Assembly (NCBI RefSeq): GCF_964355755.1
Contig: NC_092676.1
Span: forward strand, 16,076,871-16,140,870
Direction of reading: 5' to 3'
DNA from: Antedon mediterranea
Taxonomy: Eukaryota; Animalia; Echinodermata
DNA: 64,000 nucleotides
Shown piece by piece: positions 30,101 to 42,100 of the stretch. The notes beneath the pieces were generated by a model. The model searched no databases. It was not told the DNA's origin and worked only from the letters and a program-made list of their open reading frames with translations. Numbering within the stretch: position 1 is the stretch's first letter; each line of letters begins with the position of its first letter. Both the position numbers and the translations under genes were made by a program.

Positions 30101-33100
30101 TAAATCAAATATAACAATAATTCTTACCTCTGTTGGTGTTGTTTCTGATGGTACAACTTGTTTGAAAGGTGATGAGCTCATTGGAGCTACTAAAGCAGTC
30201 TGTTTTGATTTATCTATGGGTTTAGGAGCACCTTGCAAAGTATCATAAATGCTGCAAACAAATAAATATACCGCATTAAGTATAATGCTCTTCTGTTTCT
30301 ACTTAAATTGTTAATTATACTCTGTACCTACTAGGTGCCTATATTTTTTTTAATTTTCAATCTTTCATTAATACATTGGTGCCTATATTCATCATAATTG
30401 TTTAGTTTGGTGTTTTTTTTTTCTATCATGCATATGCATTTATGTACGTAGGAAGGTTTCCATAGAGGAGTAGAAAGTTGTGGTATGTGTCGTTCACACA
30501 ATTCAGCCCAGTAGGCTGCAAAGTCGCAGGTTATTCCTCCATTTACATTTACAAAGAAAGCAAGATGAAATATGAATCAAATTAAAACCCATATTTGAAT
30601 TCAGTCTCACCTTTCTTGCACTGGTTGAGACTGGTCACCAAAGCTAGCCCAAGCACCATCAGTGCTATCCCCAAAGTTGTTATCGTTACTCAATTTATCA
30701 TTGTCTCCAAAGTTACTATTATCTCCAAAATTACTATTATCAGCAGCAAATTTACTGTCGGTTCTAAAAATAGAATCTGTTCCAAATTTACTACTGCTTC
30801 CAAAGTTATCGCTTCCAAATGTATCGCCTCCAAAATGGCTATCACTTCCAAAATTGCTATCACTTCCAAATTTACTGTCTCCAAAATTGCTATCAGCTGC
30901 AAAAGTATTTGATGTGCTGTTGGAAGAAGAAAATGCATTTTGGAAGGATTGCGCAATAGATTTGACAGACGATGTCGTTGAGACTGTTGGTTCTGGCGTT
31001 ACTGTGCCTGATGGTAGTTTCTCTGCATAATTTTCTGGGAACCAGCCGCTTCTACCATTAATTTCTCCTCCAAGCCAACCTGGTTCTGCTGCCTGATCTT
31101 TTGCAACCTGTGAGGAACATGATATGATATTATTTTATACTTATCAACAATATTATTTAATATAAAACTGAATAACTAAACAACATAGCTAAGTTTAATG
31201 TGCTCTAGAATACTTAACAAAAACGGTCACAACAGTTTTTGTGGTCTACATTACAAAACTTTTTGAAATGACTTAGACTCTGAAGTCTGCCATTTTGTTC
31301 ATGTGCAGGATCACATGACTACAACCTGTCATTTAATTTGCCAAGTTCACAAAGCTTTTAAATATAGTACACTAGGTGCATGGTCAACTTCTGTCAATTA
31401 GTTGGAACATTAGGGACTTTAAGAAACATAACAGGAAGCCACAGGACAGTGCTCATAAATAATTTATGTATGAGCTTTTAAGTGGACGGAGCTTAGCGTG
31501 AAATTCCGTTTAGAGGATGATGAAGTTGCCATTTTCCCGTTTATGGAGATTTACTAGAAATAGTGTACATATAACCTTAAATATACAGTTCAAATTAATT
31601 AATTAAACGTGAAATTTTTAAACTCTAAATGATATTTGAACTTCTTATTTATTTGTTTAATGAAATAACATTTTTATTAGGTTAAAATGGCTGTGTTAAA
31701 AGCGGCGTTTGAATGCAAGGCCCCTAGCTAGGAAGGCCTATGCTGTATCAACAGAGCCAAGCGATTAAGAAGGGCCCTGCGCCACAAGACAGGAGAGGGA
31801 TCGGAGAGAGAAATACAGCCGGCCGACGTCTTTGCGCAAAGTGCATAACTAATAAAACAGCTATGTTGACTGTATATGATTTTACGCTCTATTGAACACA
31901 GGATAATCGTCTTCCTCCCCTAACCGTTCTTCTATTGTTCTACACTGGCAAACCTTTGAAACATGTAAGTAACTAACAACAATGTTCTTACCAATATAAT
32001 ATCACCCGGTTTCATCTCCAAGTCTTCAGCGTTCTCACCACCAAACTGGAATAGTGCCTTATACCGCGAGTATTCCGAACTAGGCTTGTCTTCTGAAATC
32101 TTTGGCGATGCTGAAGTAGTTGGTGATTTGACTGGTGATGTCCTAGCTGCTGGAATAGGTTTAGTTTTTGCCGCCTTTTCATTTTTCCCAAAATCAAAGT
32201 TTGACGAACTGAAATCTAAAAAAAAAACCAGTTAAACTTCTTTGCATTTAAAAAAAATACAATGGGGAGTAGACAAGCCAAAATAATGGACGATAGACCA
32301 GATTAAATTACTAGGCCATGTTAAGGTCAGCTGTGCTGCAGATGGGAGGATTTGGTTAGGGAAAAACAAAAATCTTACCAGAAAAATTTGCGAATCCCTC
32401 TGATTTGTTGTCAGTTTTGGTTGATGACTGATTAGCTATAAATAAAATTAAAAACATTCTTAACACTATTAACTTAACACTATACCCTGTGTTGGTTTGG
32501 ACCTTTATGAATAAATCAAGTTGAAATTGTTATTCCCTGGGGCTGTGCACAATGTGGAATGTGACTTTGGAGTATTCTATTTGAAATAATTTTGGATTTT
32601 ATATTAATGAAATCATTAAACCATGGAGGTTTTTTATACCTCCATGATTAAACTAATAATTTTAGAGAAAATATATTGAGAATTCAACTACTCTACTTGA
32701 TTACCTAATTTCAATTTTGAAATACTGGACAAAAAAGTTTATCAAAAATGTATTATTTGCTTACCACCAAAAGATGAGAATGCATCATTGTTTGTTTCTT
32801 TACTGAACATCGACTGATCTATTAAAATAAAAAAATGGATTGTAAAGATACTATAGATTTCATGTGTTCATTCATTCATTATTATCAAGCAAATGCTTAA
32901 AATGAATTATAGAGAAAAAAATATGATTTCAAAACACAGTGTGTTCTGTCATGCATTTAGTGAATGTACTATTGCTTGGTCAGCTTTTTAAAATTATTGT
33001 GCAACAAATTGGGCCTAGACATGGCTCAACTGTAGTGTTAGAGGCCTATAATTTCTCCTTCGTCAAAAAATCTGTGAGCTAAATTGTTTAATGGCCTAGC

Positions 33101-36100
33101 CTTTGACCTTCTATTTAAGATGATAGCGACTAATTATTTGAATAAAAGTATTGTATAACAGTAGGTATGTTATCATACAAATAATGAATGTTTATGCATT
33201 GTATGGCGAGAATATTTTTTGAGTTGAAAGATTGACTGCTTTCATATAATAATTCATAATAGCTACCTCCAAAGACATTCACAAATGGATCATTGGAATT
33301 TGTTGAATTTTGAGACTTGGTTGAAACATCTACAAAAAAAAAAATGTTATAAGAATTAAAACTTTTTTTTTTATTATAATTTAAATTAAGGATCAAATCT
33401 ATACTTAGTTTTTAGTTGAACGATAACATTAAAATGTTCAAAATATTGTCTTGAAATGTTTTATTTATAGGTATAATACTAACAGCCTATTGATTATGTT
33501 GTTAAACATACCTTGTTGTGTATCTGAAAATGGATCTTTTCCAAAAGCATCTGTAAAAATAAAATATAAAAATGATATAACCAGTAATGTCAGGCACTAT
33601 AATATGCCAGAAAATAACATTCTGATATGTACACATTAATTATTTAGGCTCTTCTACTACTTGTTGTTTAAAGACGAAAAATAAATTACCCTAAACAAAT
33701 ATTCAACCCTATCTTGTTTGGCTATGATTTCATAAATTCTGACTGGGACTCACCAAAATTAGCAAATGACTCAAAATTACTCTTTTGTGGCAATGTATTC
33801 TGCAATTTTAATTCCATTTCCTTTTTTTGTTTGTCAACTTCTTGTAATTTCCTAATTGCTTCTAATTTATCATTCTTTTCTTGTTCTTCCTTTTTCCGCC
33901 TCTCTTGCTCTGCTTTCTCTCTATCCTTTTTATCCTCATCTTCTCTTCGCTTTCTCTCAGCCTGTGCAGCCATTTCACCATCTCTGTAAAACAACAATAG
34001 AATTATGTAATTTTATTTATTAACATGTTTAACATAAACTCAAAATCATTTAACAATAGTTTGTCCATTTTTCAGTGAAACAAAAACTAGAATAAAAAAG
34101 AAAAATTAGAATATTATTGATAAACTTGATAAAACCAGGAATTTCTGAACATAATAAAACCAAAAAAATCAAATGGGTAATAAAACTCACTGTTTTCTGG
34201 TTTTTTCTATTTGCTTTGCAGCATCTATCCTGATATTGTAATTTCGTCGTAGATTTTCTAACTCAGATTGTTCTTTGGTTAGCTGAGCCTGAAGTTCCTA
34301 AAAAGAGAGCATCATTGGAAATGTGATTAGTTAAGAATAGTAAGCCCTTTCTTCAACAAAAAATAAAAAATACTTGTTATTTTTGGTTTCTTTTTCTCTT
34401 CCCCGGAAAAAGTAAAAATTCAAGTTCTCAAATCAAGTATTCTTACATCTGGTCAGTAATATATCCAGAGTGAATATCCAAGTACCCAACTCATCAATAT
34501 AGTTTTGCTATTGTTCTTGTGTAATAATAAGAGCTATATACTGTTTATTTTATAGTGTACCAAATTTGCAGTTGTCTATCCTTAAAAATCACAGATAATA
34601 GATCGTAGATAATATCCGTAATTCATTATTTAATACATATAATACTAGATATAAAAATCTCTTTATCGAATATACAAAAAGATAATAAAAAAAAACAACA
34701 GCTTTGAGTAAACATTGCTGAGCCATAAAAGGCATTTCTCATAATGCACTAAATTCAATTAGTGAAAAACCGTAATAGATTTTCTAAAATCTTTTTTTCT
34801 AAAAGATAACAATTAACCAGTGCTAATAAATATACTGCTGATTCATTAAAATGGACCTGAAATGGATTTTCGATTTTTTTTTATTTTAGAATGATGTTTT
34901 GGGGGCTATTAGGTGTTGCTAGAATGTATATTGTTACAAAATATAAATTGGCCCTTTTGGGGAAAGCCCCATTTGAAAATCAAAAAAATTTGCGGGTGAC
35001 GTCACTTTGCGAATATATTCCTATCCCTCCAATGGACAATTTGCAGTTTTTTGGCTATAACTCTTGAAATCTATGGAGTATTTTCTAAAAAATGCTTGTG
35101 CATTTGCAGAAACGTATTTAGAATTTTTTTAGATAAAATTATTACCGTATAAGCGGTTATTCATCGAGTAAATGACGATTTAAAATCTTAAAATCAACGG
35201 GTTTTTTCTGGCAATACCGAAGTTGGCCTGGCAACGTTGTCCGGGATACAGCTCCGTGCGCAATGATGCGTATCCATATTTTCCGTTCGTGTATTTTGTA
35301 TCGTTCGTAATTTATACTGCTAAAATGTGTTAGTTTTTTTAGTTTTTAGTTTAGCAGAATTAAATTAGTAATATGAGATGATAATTTATTTGTCACGAAT
35401 CAGGCAGTTCGAAAACGAATTTTATTCATATTTTACTTTGGCTTGACAATGAGCACAGCAAGTTGTTGATATCGCTTTGGTCCTTGGATGCACATGAAAC
35501 GGAGCCTCGCCGCATGATGTGGGTGGTGGATCGACTCCACGCACTGGATTGGGGGCCTAGGCCTAGTAAAGGTTTGGGAATTAGGCCTTCTAAATTCGGG
35601 TTTTAGAACAAACGAAGTACATTTTAGGGACCTATATTTCAACAACATTAGATATTGAATAAATTAGTATTAGTGTCAACGCTTCGCGTATCTTTCCAGG
35701 CCGTCGATCATTCACTGACTATCGGGCGGCATGCATACACGCTCTCGATATCATCGTGTGTATATGTGACGTCGTGAATATAGAGGCTTCCGACGGCCGT
35801 TGAAATAGAATATTGCAATGGCGTGAGTAATTTTCGCTAATTTACCATGGTATCTTAAAATTTCGTTTTTACTCAAAATACTATACATTTTGTTTTTATT
35901 TGTATGGGTTTGTGTTAATTTGATACATTTAAATAACATGTGTGAATTTCTTGAAAATCGAAATTCCATTTCAGGTCCATTTTAATGACTGCTGGAGATA
36001 ACAGGAAAAAAGTTTAATCTCTAGGCCAACTGCGCCTTTTATCATTTATTGTTTTGATTATTCTTATTTTATAAGATGTAAATCAAAATGACTTACTTTT

Positions 36101-39100
36101 AATGATTTATTTGTATGATCAATGGTTTCCAATGCTGTAGCTGTATCTTTCTCTACTTGCTTCACATTCACTTTTAATTTTTCTAAAGTAGATTTCTTGT
36201 TATTTAGGCTATGCATCACTGTTGCGTGTGTGTCAGCTAAAAAAAACAATTATATATCAAAGAATTTGTATTCATTTGAAATAAACTTGCTGTTAGTATT
36301 TGCTCAGATCCATGACATTAGGTTATGTCACCTCTATTAATACTTTTAAAACCATTGAAAAACATTTTAAAAATACAGTAGAATTCCTATTAAAGGGGAA
36401 CCTTTAGGACCCAACAAAAGCATGTCCCCTGAATAGGGGTTAGTAATAATGTATTACTATCATTATTACCTCTCCTTCAGTTCATTAGAAAGTGTCCTCA
36501 TAATAGAGCTGTCCCCTGAATAGGGGTTAGTAATATTACTATCATTACTACCTCTGCTTCAGTTCATTAGAAAGTGTCCTCATAATAGAGCTGTCCCCTG
36601 AATAGGGGTTAGTAATATTACTATCATTACTACCTCTGCTTCAGTTCATTAGAAAGTGTCCTCATAATAGAGCTGTCCCCTGTATAGGGGTTAGTAATAA
36701 TGTATTACTATCATTCTCCTTCAGTTCATTAGAAAGTGTCCTCATAATAGAGCTGTCCCCTGTATAGGGGTTAGTAATAATGTATTACTATCATTCTCCT
36801 TCAGTTCATTAGAAAGTGTCCTCATAATAGAGCTGTCCCCTGTATAGGGGTTAGTAATAATGTATTACTATCATTCTCCTTCAGAGCTGTCCCCTGTATA
36901 GGGGTTAGTAATAATGTATTACTATCATTCTCCTTCAGTTCATTAGAAAGTGTCCTCATAATAGAGCTGTCCCCTGTATAGGGGTTAGTAATAATGTATT
37001 ACTATCATTCTCCTTCAGAGCTGTCCCCTGTATAGGGGTTAGTAATAATGTATTACTATCATTCTCCTTCAGTTCATTAGAAAGTGTCCTCATAATAGAG
37101 CTGTCCCCTGTATAGGGGTTAGTAATAATGTATTACTATCATTCTCCTTCAGAGCTGTCCCCTGTATAGGGGTTAGTAATAATGTATTACTATCATTCTC
37201 CTTCAGAGCTGTCCCCTGTATAGGGGTTAGTAATAATGTATTACTATCATTCTCCTTCAGAGCTGTCCCCTGTATAGGGGTTAGTAATAATGTATTACTA
37301 TCATTCTCCTTCAGAGCTGTCCCCTGTATAGGGGTTAGTAATAATGTATTACTATCATTCTCCTTCAGAGCTGTCCCCTGTATAGGGGTTAGTAATAATG
37401 TATTACTATCATTCTCCTTCAGAGCTGTCCCCTGTATAGGGGTGTCCCAAAGGATGGGTTCTACTGTATGATAATGAAAATAAAACTGTAATGACCATAA
37501 ATTGGTTTAAATTTGTGATAGTTTGATGACACTTACATATACCACTCTCTCTAATAGGTTGCTTGGAAGAACTGTGTACTTGATCTTTCTCTTGATCTGC
37601 CAACTGCTTTCGATTTCGAATTTCCTTACAAAATAGCATAATATAATCAATTAAAAGCTCAGATTTTTCTGCCAAGCATAACTCACTGTATTTAACAGTA
37701 GATTTTATCAACTTCTCAGAGGTTGATGGGATAGCTACCGGAGTATGGGTTTTATTTTTTTATGAAAAATTGAAACATATTGCAAAGAGGCCGACATATT
37801 TGTTGATTATACATTTAACATGACTCAACTCTATGCAGCTTGTGGTGAGGAAACTACAACTTTGGATGGGATTAGATTGAGGATGAGGGTATTTGCCAGC
37901 TTTTAGTATTTAATAGATTTGATTACAAATAATATTACATTTGTTTGAATAGGCAAACCACTGAAAATGTATGTACAGCAAAAAAACTATTTAATTCTGC
38001 TGTCCTGTCATAGTTTTATGTCAGAAATGTAGTATTAAGTATTGATTATTATAACACACCTGATTGTATTCTTGCAATTTGATTGGTTAATTACAAATCA
38101 TGTGTCATTTGAAAGTGATATCTAATGGCGATAATTAACACGCTCTAATGCACGTTCAAATGTTGAGAATTTCAGCCATGTGATGTTCTAATTGTGCGCG
38201 CCATCTATATCAGTTCTACTACACGTCTAAAGTTGGAGCACTGCCTTTTTTTAATTGCTTAGCTTCAGGCCTAGCATTCGTCAATGATTTATGATGGATA
38301 AATTGAATAAAAGTAGGTGAAAAATTGACTGCTCTATTTTCCACTCACCTCTGTCTCATAAACATTATTTGTATTAGTAGAGCAGTTAACGCCATAAAAA
38401 TAGCCAAGTTGTGCACTTTATTACCAAAGCATGAAACTTTCCACAAAGTTTCTTTGATGTATATAGATTCAAAATATCGGGGGGTGCCAAGTGTCCAACG
38501 TCCGGTATGGCGGCCATCTTGATTTCAAAATGGCCACCATAAAAACAAAAAGTGTTCATATCTTGGCAACTATAAAGAGTAGAGACTTGATTCTGGTGTT
38601 AAATTGTTCACAAACCACATATTTCTATTTGCTCTAATGAAAAGTTTCGTCCAAAAATGACCGGAAATGACGTTTCTTCCAGTTTGACCTTTGACCTCTT
38701 ATCTGTATATCTCAGTAACTACTGATCATTTTCAATCGATTTTGGTGTCATTTTGTTCAGAATAAAAACATTTATATTTGTAGTAATGAAACATTTTCAC
38801 ATAAAATGACTGGAAATACAATTTATAACCTTTGACATATATAATTATGTGAACATACTGTATGTGGTTAAATTGGTATAAATGCACCTAATTTTTTTAC
38901 CGAAATAAATGACACGGAATTATTATTCTGAATTTTTAACTTTTGATGTGATAGGATAGGCATAAAGTATGACAGATCACTGAGCTCATCTATGCCGACA
39001 TGTTTGCTAAACTGTGATGTGTCAATTGTTTTTTCGTTGCATCTAAAAAAATGTACTCCATTTTTATGGTAATGGGCCTTTGCTGTAAACCTTTCATCTG

Positions 39101-42100
39101 AATCCTTTTCCTCGATTTTCTCTAGTCATTGATTTTTTAGCAAAATCCGAACTAAATCAATTCGTAAAAGACATCTCAATATAATTATTCAAGTAATCCT
39201 CAAATTAGTGACATGGACCTACAATATACTGTTCTGTACAAGACCTGTTTAAGCATCCACCTGTGGACTTTCACTTTAAAGGTCTTGGTTTCCTAATCAT
39301 ACAAGAAACCATGTCTAATTTCAAATCAATCAAAGTAGTGGGTCCTGACAAAGAAGGGGGTGTAAGACCATCCACAGACAAAGAAGGGGTTGTAAGACCA
39401 TCCACATACAAAGAAGAGGGTATAAGACCATCCACAGACAAAAAAGGGGGTGTAAGACCATCCACAGACAAAGAAGGGGGTGTAAGACCATCCACACACA
39501 AAGAAAGAGGTATAAGACCATCCACAGACAACGAAAGGGGTGTAAGGCCATCTACAGACAAAGAAGGGGATGTAGGACCGTCCACAGACAAAGAAGGGGG
39601 TATAAGACCATCCACTGACAAAAAAAAAAGGGTATAGGACCATCCACAGACAAAGAAGGGGGCGTAGGACCGTCCACAGACAAAGAAGGGGGTGCAAGAC
39701 CATCCACTGACAAAGAAAGGGGTATAGGACCACTTACAGACAAAGAAGAGGGTATAAGACCATCCCCAGACAAATAAGGGGTGTAGGACCATCCACAGAC
39801 AAAGAAGGGGTGTAGGACCATCCACAGACAAAGAAGGGGAGAAGACCATCCACAGACAAAGAAGGGGATATAAGACCATCCACAGACAAAGAAATAAGAC
39901 CATCCACAGACAAATTAAAGGAGTGCAAGACCATCCATACACAAAGGGGTGTATAAGACCATCCACATACAAAAAAGTGGTGTAACACCATCAACGGACA
40001 AAGAAAGGGGTGTAATACCATCAGACAAAGAACAACAGACAAAGAAGGGGGTATAAGATCACCCACATGTACAGAAGGGGTATAAAACCGTCCACAGAAA
40101 AAGAAAGGGGTGTAAGACCATCCACAGACAAAGACGGGGGTGTAGAACCGTCCACAGACAAAGAAGGGGGTGTAAGACCATCCACCACTGACAAAGAAAG
40201 GGATATAGGACCACTTACAGACAAAGAAGGGGTATAAGACCATCCACAGACAAATTAAAGAAGTGGAAGACCAGCCATACATAAAGAAAGGGGTGTATAA
40301 GACCATCCACATACAAAAAAGGGGTGTAATACCATCAACGGACAAAGAAAGGGGTGTAATACCATCAACAGACAAAGAAGGGGGTATAAGATCACCCACA
40401 GGCACAGAAGGGGGTATAAGACCGTCCACAGAAAAAGAAAGGGGTGTAAGACCATCCACAGACAAAGAAGGGGGTGTAGAACCGTCCACTGACAAAGAAA
40501 GGGGTATAGGACCACTTACAGACAAAGAAGGGGTATAAGACCATTCACAGACAAAAAAGGAGGTGTATGACCATCGGACCATCCACAGACAAAAAAGGGG
40601 ATGTAAGACCACCCACAGACAAAGAAGGGTGTAAGACCATCCACAGACAAAGACAGGGGTGTAAGTCCATCCACACACAAAGAAAGGGGTTTAATACCAT
40701 CAACAGACAAAGAAAGGGGTGTAATACCATCAACAGACACAGAAGGGGGTATAAGACCATCCACAGACAAAGAAAGGGGTATAAGACCGTCCACAGACAA
40801 AGAAAGGGGTCTAAGACCATCCACAGACAAAGAAGGGTGCATAAGACTATCCACAGACAAAGAAGGGGGTGTAGGACCATCCACAGAAAAAGAAGGGGTG
40901 TAGGACCATCCACAGACAAAGAAGGGAGTGTAGGACCATCCACAGACAAAGAATGGGTGTAAGACCATCTACAGACAAAGAAATGGGTGTAAGACCATCC
41001 ACACATAAATAAAGGGGTGTAATAATACCATCAACAGACACAGAAGGGGGTATAAGACCATCCACAGACAAAGAAAGGGGTATAAGACCGTCCACAGACA
41101 AAGAAAGGGGTCTAAGACCATCCACAGACAAAGAAGGGTGCATAAGACTATCCACAGACAAAGAAGGGGGTGTAGGACCATCCACAGAAAAAGAAGGGGT
41201 GTAGGACCATCCACAGACAAAGAAGGGAGTGTAGGACCATCCACAGACAAAGAATGGGTGTAATACCATCTACAGACAAAGAAATGGGTGTAAGACCATC
41301 CACACATAAAGAAAGGGGTGTAATAATACCATCAACAGACACAGAAGCGGGTAAAGACCATCCACAGACAAAGAATGGGGTATAAGATCATGTACAGACA
41401 AAGAAGGAGGGTTAGGACCATATTAACCGAGGAAGCATACAAAAATAAGATGCAATCAAAATAGGCCTACCACTTGGAAAACAATAAATTGTAGAATAAC
41501 TATGGCTTAATTGTTGAAATAGAAAGGGTTCTTTGTAAGGTCATTAATAATATATTGATATAAACACGATCATCGTACTATATTCATTTGACAATCAATT
41601 ACAGTCTGTCTCGAAAAGAAGCTCATACTATCACCTTTTCGATAACATGTATGTTATTTCCTCTGTCAAACTATTAAAACTTTTAGCGAATCAGAAGGTG
41701 CCAACATCATTGAACTAATGGTACCACCAAGCACAATGTTTACCAATTTTATGTACTATATACAATTTAAGTCCATTAATCATTTAATATAATTACGCCT
41801 ATCAGGTTAAAGTTCAAAATTAGGTGCACTTTAGACCAACAAAAACCACCTACAGTATATTCACATAATTAAAAATCAATAAATTAATGTCAAAGGTCAT
41901 AAATTGTATTTCCGGTCATTTTATGTGAAAACGTTTTATTACTACAAATATAAATGTATTTATTCTGAACAAAATGACACCAAAATCGATTGAAAATGAC
42001 CAGTAGTTACAGAGATATACAAATACGAGGTCAAAGGTCAAACTGTAAGAAACGTCATTTCCGGTCATTTTTGGACGAAACTTTTCATTAGAGCAAATAG

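Noticed and set aside
30595-31030. Plus-strand ORFs overlapping the FG region
   Set aside because: Antisense shadows of the repetitive ITSN exon.
31108-31991. Equivalent of the vertebrate SH3A neural microexon (VKGEW)
   Set aside because: The intron position matches, but I found no frame-preserving AG-exon-GT candidate with credible sites by eye.
33690-33721. Extra mini-exon with gtaatt donor
   Set aside because: Frameshifting, and the upstream intron would be only 32 nt.
36420-37445. CRISPR-like array of palindromic repeats
   Set aside because: Intervening segments are identical rather than unique spacers, the context is a eukaryotic intron, and there are no cas genes.
39263-41342. Many long overlapping ORFs on both strands
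   Set aside because: Products of a 30-bp minisatellite with frequent frameshifts; not an intact gene.
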